Under the pieces are notes generated by a model. The model saw nothing but the letters and a program-made list of their open reading frames with translations, was not told the origin of the DNA and searched no databases. Both the position numbers and the translations under genes were made by a program. From Candidatus Bathyarchaeota archaeon (lineage in GTDB: Archaea; Thermoproteota; CALKCG01; B24; DRYS01), in assembly GCA_018396535.1 (NCBI GenBank), contig JAGTQC010000003.1, positions 64,001-128,000 of the forward strand: 64,000 bases of DNA. Direction: 5' to 3'. This document shows positions 39,822 to 49,552 of this stretch, in pieces; the first letter of the stretch is position 1, and each line of letters opens with the position of its first letter.

Positions 39822-41106
39822 GACGAGCCTCCCATCTTCTAGGTAATCCGTGTAGAGCTTTAAGTTTAGCCAGCTCGTCTGCGAGCATTGGTAGAAATAC
39901 ACCTACATCCGATATTACGCCTATAGATTGAGCTGTCCCTCTATCGAGGAGTTTAATCGGTACAGCCGGGTTTATATCTACGCATACGACCTTAACCGTG
40001 GAGGGTATCATATTCCCTACAGCTATAGAGTGTAGCATAGATGCTAGCATCAAAACTAGGTTAGCATCCCTAAGATGCTCTCTATACGCCTTCTGTGCTT
40101 CAACCATATCCGTTATAACATCTGGTATTGGACCATCATCTCTTATCGAGCCTGCTAGTACGTATGGTACACCGTTAACTATACACTCGTAAAATATCCC
40201 GCTTCTCAATACACCTTTCTCCACTATCCCACGTAGACCACCATACTTTATCACTTCGTTTATAGCTACTAGATGATTCCTATTCCCACCGGGTACTCTA
40301 TATCCTTCATCAACCTTTAATCCGAGTGATGTACCGAATAGAGCGTATTCTACATCATGGACTGCTAACGCATTACCAGATAGTAGAGCATCGACGTATC
40401 CCATACGTATGATTCGAGCTAGGTGTTCAGCACCTCCTGTATGTACTACTGCAGGTCCAGCTACGACTACGATCTTACCTCCAGAAGCCTTCACTTTATG
40501 CATCTCCTCAGCTACCCTTCTAACTATGGTAGGTGTAGGCTTCTCTGATGATGCTCTACTACTCATAAACTCGAAGATACCGGCACCAGTTCTAGGATAC
40601 TCTGGAAGTTTAACTCTTACCCCTTCATCACCTACTACTATGAGATCTCCTCTACGTACATCCCTAATACCTTTACAATAAGCTTTACAATTCACTGGGT
40701 CTACGACTATAATTTTATCCATACATATATCCTCGACCGGTATCCATCTACCCTTATACCTTACCCATGTAGGATGATTCGTAGTAACATAGAATCCATC
40801 TGGTAGAACCATATCGTTCGGCGCCTCCTCTAACCTAACATCCTCTATACATGCTGGTACAGCTCCTAAGCTTCTAAGCTCTTTAAGCATGTATTCAAGA
40901 TGTTCACGACTCCTACCTCTAACCATTATCCTAGCATAGCTTACCTCATCCTTCCTTCTCCCTATACGAAATTCTAATACCTCGAATTCTCCACCTAGAT
41001 CCATAATCCTATCGAAAACCTTCGGGAGTATATACGAATCTATAAGATGACCTTCAAGTTCGACTATCTCTGAATATTCATCGCTAGGTTTTTGGAAGGT
41101 AGTCAC
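39814..41106 (-). CDS. TIGR00300/LOR-SDH-domain protein, probable ornithine cyclodeaminase (ArgZ/AgrE C-terminal type)
   Basis: ELEGHLIDS, FYVTTNHPT, SSEKP, GPAVVHTG, GSIRDDGP, MLHSIAVGN, KLLDRG. Confidence 0.85.
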   Translation of the reverse strand: MTTFQKPSDEYSEIVELEGHLIDSYILPKVFDRIMDLGGEFEVLEFRIGRRKDEVSYARIMVRGRSREHLEYMLKELRSLGAVPACIEDVRLEEAPNDMVLPDGFYVTTNHPTWVRYKGRWIPVEDICMDKIIVVDPVNCKAYCKGIRDVRRGDLIVVGDEGVRVKLPEYPRTGAGIFEFMSSRASSEKPTPTIVRRVAEEMHKVKASGGKIVVVAGPAVVHTGGAEHLARIIRMGYVDALLSGNALAVHDVEYALFGTSLGLKVDEGYRVPGGNRNHLVAINEVIKYGGLRGIVEKGVLRSGIFYECIVNGVPYVLAGSIRDDGPIPDVITDMVEAQKAYREHLRDANLVLMLASMLHSIAVGNMIPSTVKVVCVDINPAVPIKLLDRGTAQSIGVISDVGVFLPMLADELAKLKALHGLPRRWEARHG

Positions 41107-41245
41107 CTGTCATATATACCACCTTAGTATGCCGGTTATACAGGGATGATCATAAGATCTATCTACACAGGTATTTAACGTTTCCTCCTATAGAAGTTAG
41201 CTTAATAAGATGTAGAGTTGCTAGTCTGTTATCGGTGATACATAG

Positions 41246-42403
41246 TTGAATCTGAGAGAAAGATTTCTTGAAGTAGCTAGATTCGGTAGACCCGATAGGA
41301 TACCGCTATCGCTTTGGGGTATTAGACCAGCTACGCTTAAGAGATGGTGGAGGGAGGGTCTACCACCCGGTATGGATGCAGCTACATACTTTAGGTTCGA
41401 TATATATGATATGAAATCTTTCAATTTGACATCCTGGCCTTCAGAGGGTTTCCTATGGGAGCCTAGTGATAGGCTTGTAAACCTAGGTCCTATACCCCCA
41501 TTCGAGTATAGGATTCTGAGGGAGGATGAGAGGTATAGGGTTTGGGTTGATAGTTTAGGTATAACTCAGTTAGGTTTTCAGGATGATTGGAAGGATGGGT
41601 GGAGCGGGTTTGCTACGAGGACATTCATAGATTTTCCAGTTAAGGATAGGGGTGATTTCGAACGTATAAAAACTAGGTATGATCCCCATCATCCGGATAG
41701 ATACCCGTCCAGATGGAGTGAAACCGTGGATTTCCTTAGGAAGAATAACGATGGAAGCTTCCTTACACATATGTCGTTGAGAGGAGCGTTCTGGTGGGCT
41801 AGGGATATGATGGGATTGGAGGCTACTCTTAAAAGCTTCTTTAAGGATAGAGCGTTGATCAATGATATACTCGATCTATACCTAGACTTCCATATAGAGG
41901 TTTTGAGAAGAGCTGTAGAAGAGGTTGAAGTAGATTATGTTACGCTTAACGAGGATATGGCGTACAAGCATGGACCTATGATCTCCCCACGTATGTTTAG
42001 AGAATATATATCGCCCATCTATCGGGAGCTTATAAAATTTCTCAGAGATAATGGTGTTAAAGTTGTTATAGTCGATAGTGATGGATATGTAGAACCGTTG
42101 ATACCTGAACTTATGTCTGTAGGTGTTGATGGTGTATCTCCGTGTGAAGTAGCAGCTGGTATGGATATAGTTGAGCTTAGAAGGAGGTATCCTAGGCTAG
42201 TTATGATGGGTGGTATAGATAAGAGGATGCTAGCATCATCTAAATCTGATATAGAGAGGGAGGTGTATAGGAAGGTTCCGCCACTAGTCGAGAGTAGAGG
42301 ATACTTTCCAGGTGTGGATCATGCAGTCCCGCCAGATGTATCCTTCGATAACTTCAGCTATTTCGTAGAGCTTCTGAAGAAGCTGTGCGGCTGGGTCGAT
42401 TAG
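41246..42403 (+). CDS. Uroporphyrinogen decarboxylase/MtaA-CmuA family protein
   Basis: MNLRERF...PDRIP, EDMAYKHGPMISP, DSDG, GGIDKR, DHAVPPDVS. Confidence 0.85.
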   Translation: MNLRERFLEVARFGRPDRIPLSLWGIRPATLKRWWREGLPPGMDAATYFRFDIYDMKSFNLTSWPSEGFLWEPSDRLVNLGPIPPFEYRILREDERYRVWVDSLGITQLGFQDDWKDGWSGFATRTFIDFPVKDRGDFERIKTRYDPHHPDRYPSRWSETVDFLRKNNDGSFLTHMSLRGAFWWARDMMGLEATLKSFFKDRALINDILDLYLDFHIEVLRRAVEEVEVDYVTLNEDMAYKHGPMISPRMFREYISPIYRELIKFLRDNGVKVVIVDSDGYVEPLIPELMSVGVDGVSPCEVAAGMDIVELRRRYPRLVMMGGIDKRMLASSKSDIEREVYRKVPPLVESRGYFPGVDHAVPPDVSFDNFSYFVELLKKLCGWVD

Positions 42404-42404
42404 G

Positions 42405-42929
42405 ATGGGTGGGTTTTATCCTCGAGTGATGTATTTTACTCCATATCGTTGAAGGACACTATGTAATCTAGTTATTAAGCTATGTGCTAGGATGGCTAAG
42501 ATTAGGAGATCTGCGGATGTCGTAGTCGCGGATTTGGTTAGGCTTAAATGTATGGATGTGGTGGCTATGGGGAGAGGCTTGCATGCCCCTCATACTCTCC
42601 GACATCTGATGAGACTAGAAGGAATACTGAGATTGTAATACTGGTAGAATTTCTAATTGAAGCTGATATCCATAGGGTTATGGCTAGATTTGAGAAGTAG
42701 GTTTTTCCTAGCTGAGTAATACTCTGCTTTCGCTGTGACTGTAGGTTCGTGTGAATTATATGAGGAGTGTACACTTAAGGATTGTAGATATCCGGAGATA
42801 GCTAGGCCATCGATGGAGGTGTGTGGTATATATTTCTACTTTACGGTTAGGAAGACTGGCTTCGATATAAGACTTCTCAAATCTCGCATGGATATCTCAA
42901 AATACTTCGGGTTACTAATAGCTAGATAG
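42405..42929 (+). pseudogene. DUF2284 Cys-rich metal-binding protein pseudogene
   Basis: Pieces in different frames: VRLKC / YGCGGYGERLACPSYSP / GSCEL.EEC..CRYPEIARPSMEVCGI, with at least 2 frameshifts and 3 in-frame stops. Confidence 0.8.
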
Positions 42930-42942
42930 GTATGGATGATAT

Positions 42943-43968
42943 CTAGCTGATCCACTTTACCTCTACATCCTCTATCCTCCATCTAGGTTTAACCACACTC
43001 TCCTCTATGCTTATCGTATCTCCTACGCTATAGTGTAGAAGCCCTGTCCAAGCTATCATAGCACCGTTATCTGTCGCATACTCATCCCGAACTACGTATA
43101 CCCTAGCTCCATGAGCTTTAGCCATCTCTGATAGCATCTCCTGTAGTCTCCGATTACGTGCAAACCCTCCTATAACTAGTATCTCTGATTTACCTGTATG
43201 TGCTAGAGCTCTCTCCGTAACTTCAACCAGCATGGATAGAGCAACCTCTCTTAGACTGTAGGCTACATCTTCAAGCCTATACCTCCCACTCCTATAGGCT
43301 TTTAGAGCAGCTGTTAGGAGTCCTGAGAACTGTAGATCCATCCCCTTCACAGTGTATGGTAGAGGTATATACGTAGATCCTTTATCAGCTACCTCATCGA
43401 ATACTGGTCCAGGCCAGGGATTCGATGGATCGTATAACCCGACCTCTCTAGCGAATACATCGAAACAGTTAGCTATCGTTATATCTAGGGTTTCACCAAA
43501 TACTCTATACCTTCCATCCTCGTATCCAAGGATCTGGGTATTCCCCCCAGTAACCAGTAGTGTAAGAGGATTCCGTGCATTCGTAGTAACCCTACCTATC
43601 TCTATATGTGCTAGTAGATGGTTTACCCCGACTAACGGTTTACTTATAGCTAGAGCTATAGCTCTAGCTACAGTCGCAGCTACTCTTAGGCATGGGCCTA
43701 ACCCAGGCCCCTGGGAGAAGGCTACTACATCTACATCCCTAACCTTTAGATTAGCTGAATCTAATGCTGTACGTATAGCTTCTCCTGCAACTATACTATG
43801 GTGTTGAGCTGCATCCCTAGGATGTATACCCATACCGGGTGGGGGTTTATACGATCTCCTAACGTTAGCTAGTATTCTTCCATCGCTAGTAGCTAATCCT
43901 ACACCGAAGGTATGAGCTGTCCCTTCTATTCCTAAGCAAACCTTAATATCTCTATCCACCTCTGTCAC
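42943..43968 (-). CDS. kae1: KEOPS N6-threonylcarbamoyltransferase Kae1
   Basis: LGIEGTAHT, GIHPRDAAQHH, GPGLGPCL, VNHLLAHIE, GETLDI, DNGAMIAW. Confidence 0.95.
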   Translation of the reverse strand: MTEVDRDIKVCLGIEGTAHTFGVGLATSDGRILANVRRSYKPPPGMGIHPRDAAQHHSIVAGEAIRTALDSANLKVRDVDVVAFSQGPGLGPCLRVAATVARAIALAISKPLVGVNHLLAHIEIGRVTTNARNPLTLLVTGGNTQILGYEDGRYRVFGETLDITIANCFDVFAREVGLYDPSNPWPGPVFDEVADKGSTYIPLPYTVKGMDLQFSGLLTAALKAYRSGRYRLEDVAYSLREVALSMLVEVTERALAHTGKSEILVIGGFARNRRLQEMLSEMAKAHGARVYVVRDEYATDNGAMIAWTGLLHYSVGDTISIEESVVKPRWRIEDVEVKWIS

Positions 43969-44128
43969 CTACCCCTAGGTTATGTATGGTAGAATAGAGG
44001 GTTAGCTATGCTATATCTAAACCTTCTAGATTATCCTCCGTATTATAAATTTAGCGGGGGTAGCGGATCTATATTCGTCGATCAGATTTATCTTTAATAC
44101 TATTCCTCAAATAATCTGTAGATAGACT

Positions 44129-44554
44129 TTGCCGTCTAATATCGATGTGGAAAGCGAGGTTAGAGGTACTACACTCAAAGTATACCTGTATATAATGGTT
44201 AACGGGCCTACTAGGATTAGGGATATACAGAGGGGTCTCGGTTTTTCTACGCCTAGTCTAGCATACTATCATGTAGAGAAGCTTGTTAAGCTAGGTCTAG
44301 TAGAGGAGGATGAGGATGGATTTTATAGAGTTTCGAAGAAGATAGAGCTATCGATACTAAAACCATACATAGTATTCAGTGGTAGGCTTATCCCTAGATT
44401 GATGTTCTATGCTGTATTCTTCATAAGCTTCCTCGTATCCTATATAATACTTTCATGGAGCGATCTAAACCTCTATACGATCATAGTTACGGCTATAGCT
44501 ACGGTTATCTTCTGGTATGAGACTATAAAGGCTTGGAGGAATAAACCCTTCTGA
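44129..44554 (+). CDS. Winged-helix regulator with two C-terminal TM helices
   Basis: RDIQRGLGFSTPSLAYYHVEKL wHTH followed by two hydrophobic segments. Confidence 0.8.
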   Translation: MPSNIDVESEVRGTTLKVYLYIMVNGPTRIRDIQRGLGFSTPSLAYYHVEKLVKLGLVEEDEDGFYRVSKKIELSILKPYIVFSGRLIPRLMFYAVFFISFLVSYIILSWSDLNLYTIIVTAIATVIFWYETIKAWRNKPF

Positions 44555-44610
44555 TCTTCTTTTCAAATAATTAGAGTTATAGCCTACCTAGTACTTAATC
44601 TATAATCGAA

Positions 44611-44934
44611 TTGAAGATCCTAGTAGCATACATGCTTCTAGCTTCTATACTAGGTTTAGCTACCGTATACGCTTTGAATCTAGTATTAGAGGGGTATGGA
44701 AATGCTGAACTGAAGCCTGTTGAATATACGCCTAGTAGGGCTAGCGATCTAGAGGAGCGGAAGAGCTTAACTATAGGTGGGGTTAGGGTTGTAGGTTTCG
44801 AATTCTATAGTCTTGTCATAGCTTTAATCTCAGCATCCATAACCTTCTATATCATTAAGCGTAGATCTCCTAGAATCTATGGATCTCTTAAAGCTTCTAG
44901 GATCTCCTCTAACCTATATGCTCCGTATGGGTAG
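44611..44934 (+). CDS. Small two-TM membrane protein
   Basis: Two hydrophobic segments and a KRR tail; 3' end overlaps sua5 by 58 nt. Confidence 0.55.
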   Translation: MKILVAYMLLASILGLATVYALNLVLEGYGNAELKPVEYTPSRASDLEERKSLTIGGVRVVGFEFYSLVIALISASITFYIIKRRSPRIYGSLKASRISSNLYAPYG

Positions 44935-45509
44935 ACTCTCTCTATCTTAGGTGGATCATAGGTTAAATCTACTATAGTGGATACGGGTCTTATAGGTAGT
45001 GATCCCTGATCGATTATCAAATCTACGCTACTACCTATCTGTCTCAATACATCCTCTATACTATATGGGTTTGCTTCTCCATGAATATTTGCGCTCGTAG
45101 CCGTTATAGGTTTTCCAAGCTTCTCAGCTATCATAGTAGCGATTCTATGACTCGATATTCTAGCAGCGAAAGCTCTAGGGTTAACTATATCTGGGAGTCT
45201 AGGCTTCTTCCATGTAGCTATGGTTAGTGGTCCTGGGTTGAATCGATCTATGAGTTTAAAAGCTCTCTCATCTAGGTATGCATACTCAATCCACATATCT
45301 ATACTAGATACTATCGCTGTAAGCGATCTATCTAACGGCCTCCTTTTCACCATATAGATTCTAGCTATAGCTTCTTCATTCGTTACATCCGCTGCAAGTC
45401 CGTAACATGTTTCTGTAGGGTATACTATTAATCCTCCCTGCTCTAGTATAGCTGCAGCCTCCTCTACTATCCTCTCTAAACCCTTCCCTACCCTTACTAT
45501 TCTAACCAT
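44877..45509 (-). CDS. sua5: L-threonylcarbamoyladenylate synthase (short TsaC/YrdC-type)
   Basis: YPTETCYGL, KRR, PGPLT, TATSANIHG, STIVD. Confidence 0.92.
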   Translation of the reverse strand: MVRIVRVGKGLERIVEEAAAILEQGGLIVYPTETCYGLAADVTNEEAIARIYMVKRRPLDRSLTAIVSSIDMWIEYAYLDERAFKLIDRFNPGPLTIATWKKPRLPDIVNPRAFAARISSHRIATMIAEKLGKPITATSANIHGEANPYSIEDVLRQIGSSVDLIIDQGSLPIRPVSTIVDLTYDPPKIERVYPYGAYRLEEILEALRDP

Positions 45510-45591
45510 TAGAATCTGGTGGGAATATGTGGAGAGTAAATATTAAAGTTTAAAGGGAGGGTGAATACATTTTCTTTCTTCTGGTGTCTCT

Positions 45592-46122
45592 ATGGCTGAT
45601 AGCTTAGCCCCCTTCGTACCATCACCTATAGAAGTGGTTAGACGTATGCTCTCTCTAGCAGAGGTCGATTCCAAGGATGTTGTCTACGATCTAGGATGTG
45701 GTGATGGACGTATACTTACGACCGCTATCACAGAGTTTAACGCTAGGAAGGCAATCGGATACGAGATAAGGACTGATCTATACCTTAAGATATTATCGAC
45801 TATACAGGAGCTTAAGCCAGTTATACCGGATATAGATAGTAGGATTAGGGTGTATAATAGCGATGCTATGAAGGCTGATCTATCAGAGGCTACTGTAGTA
45901 ACGCTATACCTTACGACTCTAGGTAATGAGAAGCTTAAGCCTAAATTTGAATCCGAGCTTAAACCTGGAGCTAGGATTGTAAGCCACGATTTCACGATAC
46001 CCGGATGGACTCCTGTGAAGATAGATAGATTCCAGGGTCACGTTATATACCTCTATATCGTACCTGATAGTTTTAAAGATCAATCGCTTAAAGCTAGAGA
46101 GAGGGTTTGGCGTCTATTCTAG
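45592..46122 (+). CDS. Class I SAM-dependent methyltransferase, aKMT/FAM173-like protein lysine methyltransferase
   Basis: PFVPSP..VVRRML, YDLGCGDGR, ATVVTLYL, ELKPGARIVSHDF. Confidence 0.8.
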   Translation: MADSLAPFVPSPIEVVRRMLSLAEVDSKDVVYDLGCGDGRILTTAITEFNARKAIGYEIRTDLYLKILSTIQELKPVIPDIDSRIRVYNSDAMKADLSEATVVTLYLTTLGNEKLKPKFESELKPGARIVSHDFTIPGWTPVKIDRFQGHVIYLYIVPDSFKDQSLKARERVWRLF

Positions 46123-46775
46123 GAGGTAGCGATCTAAAACTCATATATAGGGGTGCTGAAGCCGAGGTTTATGTAGGCTTATGGTATGGGAGGAAAGCTG
46201 TATTCAAGTATCGTAAACCTAAAAGCTATAGGATAAGGGAGATCGATGAGTATATAAGGAGTAGGAGAACGATACTTGAAGCTAGGATTCTGAGAGATGC
46301 TAAGAATGCTGGTGTACCATCACCAACGGTATACTATATAGATCCATCTGAAGCTCTACTAGTTATGAGCTATATAGATGGGCTTAGACTTAGAGAATAC
46401 ATAAACTCTACGAGTGTAGATGAAGCAGTATCAGTATGTAGAAAGGTAGGCTACTATATAGCTAAACTACATAAAGCAGGTATACAGCATGGGGATCCGA
46501 CAACATCTAACATGATACTGGTAGGTGATGGTAGAATATTCCTAATAGACTACGGATTATCACAGTATACATCTAAAGCTGAGGATAGAGCTGTGGATTT
46601 GATACTATTCGAGAGAGCGTTACTGAGCGTGCACTACAAGGTTTACGAATACTGTATGAAGGCTTTCATCGAAGAGTATGAGAGAATCCTAGGAGAAGAA
46701 TTTAGCGAGGTTAAGCAGCGTATAGGTGAGATAAAGGCTAGGGGTAGATATATATCTAGACGCTTAATGAGATAG
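46107..46775 (+). CDS. bud32: KEOPS kinase/ATPase Bud32
   Basis: GAEA, K.R.PKSYR, RT..EA, HGDPTTSN, IDYGL, EDRAVDL, RGRY. Confidence 0.95.
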   Translation: MASILGGSDLKLIYRGAEAEVYVGLWYGRKAVFKYRKPKSYRIREIDEYIRSRRTILEARILRDAKNAGVPSPTVYYIDPSEALLVMSYIDGLRLREYINSTSVDEAVSVCRKVGYYIAKLHKAGIQHGDPTTSNMILVGDGRIFLIDYGLSQYTSKAEDRAVDLILFERALLSVHYKVYEYCMKAFIEEYERILGEEFSEVKQRIGEIKARGRYISRRLMR

Positions 46776-46792
46776 GTTGCCTACTTGGTATC
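46776..46792 (+). promoter_or_regulatory. Candidate operator upstream of the ABC solute-binding protein promoter (second copy at 49480-49496)
   Basis: GTTGCCTACTTGGTATC vs GTTGCCTACTCGATAGC; imperfect dyad, each upstream of a BRE/TATA. Confidence 0.4.
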
Positions 46793-46849
46793 CATAGATT
46801 TAGGATAGAAAGATTTTTTAGATAGATGCAGCCATAGCTTTAGCCAGAT

Positions 46850-49432
46850 ATGAACATCAGGAAAAACCTTCAGACGTTATTATATGTGGTGCTCATCATC
46901 CTACCTACGATCCTAGTATGCGTTACATCATTATCAGCTGAGCAAGTACCATACGGGCCGTTCCCAGATAGAATCATAATATTTAGGCATACAGATGAAT
47001 CCACCGTCGTACCGATGATGGAGAAGGGTGAGATGGATGCATGGCTATACTATCTACGTCTCCCAGAGAATATAAAGAAAGCTGAGGAATCCCCCTATGT
47101 GAAGATAGTTGGTACATATGGAGGAGGCATCCAGCTGCTTGTAAACCCGCTAGAAACGACTGAAGGCTTTAACCCATTCTCTATAAGAGAAGTTAGAGAA
47201 GCTTTAAACTGGCTTATCGATCGTAGCTATATTGTTAGCGAGATATATCATGGTAGGGGTGTTCCTCGATGGACTATGTTCAGAGCTGTATCACCAGATT
47301 ATTCTAGGATAGTAGATTTCGCTAAGATACTCGAATCCAGGTATAGCTACGACTTCGAGAAAGCTAAGGTACAGATATTCGAGGCTTTATCGAAAGCTGG
47401 AGCAGAGTACAGAGAAGGGAAATGGTATTATGAAGGTAAGCCTATCACGATAAACTTCCTGATAAGACCTGAAGATGAGAGGAAGGATCTAGGAGACTAT
47501 GTAGCTTCACAGCTTGAGAAGCTAGGATTAACCGTAAACAGGTTGTATAAACCTAGTAGAGATGCATTCCTACTCTGGGGTGCTTTCGCACCTACTAAGC
47601 GTGGCGACTGGCATATATACACCGCTGGATGGGCTTTCACAGCTATAACAGCATACGATGATAGCGATCCATGGTTCTGGTACTCACCAGATAACGCACC
47701 GCTCTTCGAAGAATATAGCGGCCCACCGCTTCTCAGAGAAGCTATAAACAAGCTTAATAATGCTGAGTATAAGTCTATGGAGGAGAGATTAGAGCTCATT
47801 AAGAGGATTTGCGAACTAGCTTTAGAAGATGGGGTTCACGTATGGGTTCTAGATCAGCTTCAAATATATCCCTTGAACGCTAGGCTTGGAAGCTTCGTGA
47901 CGGATCTCTACGGCGGTACCCAGAGCTTCTGGTTCCTACGCACTCTTAGGCTAGCTGGAGCTACTGGAGGGGATATTAAGCTTGGTAATAGAGCGATGTT
48001 TATAGAGGGGTTCAACCCTATAGCTGGCTTCTCATGGCTTTACGATGTATACGCATACTATCTCGTAGCTGATCCAGGTGTATTCCCGCATCCGCATACA
48101 GGTATATACATACCTATTAGGGCTGAGTATACGGTTACTACAGCAGGACCTGATGGGAAGCTTGGTGTTCCAGCGGATGCCTTAAAATATGATCTATCAT
48201 CTGAGAGGTTTATCCCTGTCGGTGAGGGTGTTAAAGCTACGAGTAAGGTTACCTTTAAGTTTACACTTGGTAAATGGCATCATGGCCAGCCTATAACTAA
48301 AGCTGATATACTTTACGGTATAGCAGAGACTTTCAAGGTTACGTTGGAAGAATCTCCTCTCTACGATCCGGTTGCAGCATCTCCAGGTAGAGTGTTATTT
48401 ACGAGTTTACTTAGAGGTGTTAAGTTTATAGCTGATGATACGGTTGAAGTCTATGTAGATTACTGGCATGTTGATAGTAGCTATATAGCTAGTATGGCTA
48501 GTGTATGGGTTGATACACCGTGGGAGCTGCTAGTATTGATGAATGAAGCTGTCCTCGAGAGGAAGCTTGCATGGTCAGTCGATATGGCTGATGAATGGGG
48601 TGTGGATCAGCTGGACTTAACTAAGGGTCCTTCGATAGAGATCCTTAAAGACATACTGTATAGGCTTGTCGAGGAGAATCGTATACCATCCGAGCTTGAA
48701 GGGCTAGTATCTTTGGATGAAGCTAGAGTTAGATGGAATGCTCTTAGAAGCTTCTACGAGGCTAGAAAACACTTCTGGGTTAGTAACGGTCCATACATAT
48801 TCGGCTCGGCTGATACTGTAGCTCTACAGATGACTTTCGAAGCTTTTAGAGACTACCCGTTCAGAGCTGATAGATGGGATGGTATGATAACTATGAAGGT
48901 TCCAGGTGTACGTGTAGTTAAAGCTCCAGAGGATGTTATCCCAGGGTTGGAGGCTACTTTCAACTTAGCAGTCGAAGTAGAGGGTAAACCATACGATAGA
49001 GCGGTAGTGAAATATCTGCTATTAGATAGCTTAGGTAACCTAGTCGCTTCAGGAATAGCTAAACCTAAAGGTGGAGGAGCCTTCGATATAACCCTTACAG
49101 GTATAGAGACTGGTAGACTTGCTTTAGGAACGTATACACTGAAACTTATAGCTGTAGGAGAGGAGGCGGCTCTCCCATCGACATCATCCTATACGTTCAC
49201 CGTTACATCTCCGATCGCATACTTCGAACGTCTAGTTAAAGCTACTAGAGCCGATCTAGAAGCTAGAATTTCGACTATGGAAAGCCGTGTAAACACTATA
49301 TCTAGCGATATAGACCGTCTATCCACTACTTTAACAGGTATTCAGAGTACGGTTAACACCGTATTAGCGTTATCGGTGGTAGCTATAGTCGTAGCTGTAG
49401 TAGCTATAGTATTATCGCTACGTAGAAGGTAA
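46850..49432 (+). CDS. ABC transporter substrate-binding protein (Opp/Dpp family 5) with C-terminal Ig-like domain, coiled coil and TM anchor
   Basis: Signal peptide, NPFSIREVREALN.LIDR, WHHGQPIT.ADI, SNGPY, TM-RRR tail. Confidence 0.9.
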   Translation: MNIRKNLQTLLYVVLIILPTILVCVTSLSAEQVPYGPFPDRIIIFRHTDESTVVPMMEKGEMDAWLYYLRLPENIKKAEESPYVKIVGTYGGGIQLLVNPLETTEGFNPFSIREVREALNWLIDRSYIVSEIYHGRGVPRWTMFRAVSPDYSRIVDFAKILESRYSYDFEKAKVQIFEALSKAGAEYREGKWYYEGKPITINFLIRPEDERKDLGDYVASQLEKLGLTVNRLYKPSRDAFLLWGAFAPTKRGDWHIYTAGWAFTAITAYDDSDPWFWYSPDNAPLFEEYSGPPLLREAINKLNNAEYKSMEERLELIKRICELALEDGVHVWVLDQLQIYPLNARLGSFVTDLYGGTQSFWFLRTLRLAGATGGDIKLGNRAMFIEGFNPIAGFSWLYDVYAYYLVADPGVFPHPHTGIYIPIRAEYTVTTAGPDGKLGVPADALKYDLSSERFIPVGEGVKATSKVTFKFTLGKWHHGQPITKADILYGIAETFKVTLEESPLYDPVAASPGRVLFTSLLRGVKFIADDTVEVYVDYWHVDSSYIASMASVWVDTPWELLVLMNEAVLERKLAWSVDMADEWGVDQLDLTKGPSIEILKDILYRLVEENRIPSELEGLVSLDEARVRWNALRSFYEARKHFWVSNGPYIFGSADTVALQMTFEAFRDYPFRADRWDGMITMKVPGVRVVKAPEDVIPGLEATFNLAVEVEGKPYDRAVVKYLLLDSLGNLVASGIAKPKGGGAFDITLTGIETGRLALGTYTLKLIAVGEEAALPSTSSYTFTVTSPIAYFERLVKATRADLEARISTMESRVNTISSDIDRLSTTLTGIQSTVNTVLALSVVAIVVAVVAIVLSLRRR

Positions 49433-49458
49433 ATCCACCCTGATCATCCTCTACTACA

Positions 49459-49464
49459 TTTTTT
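49459..49464 (+). terminator. Oligo-T terminator after the solute-binding protein gene
   Basis: T6 run about 25 nt after the stop codon. Confidence 0.45.
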
Positions 49465-49552
49465 CTCCTCGACATATTTGTTGCCTACTCGATAGCTAGT
49501 GTGGAGAAAAGTTTATAGGTTAATGTATTAGCTTATGCTATGGTAAATCGGT

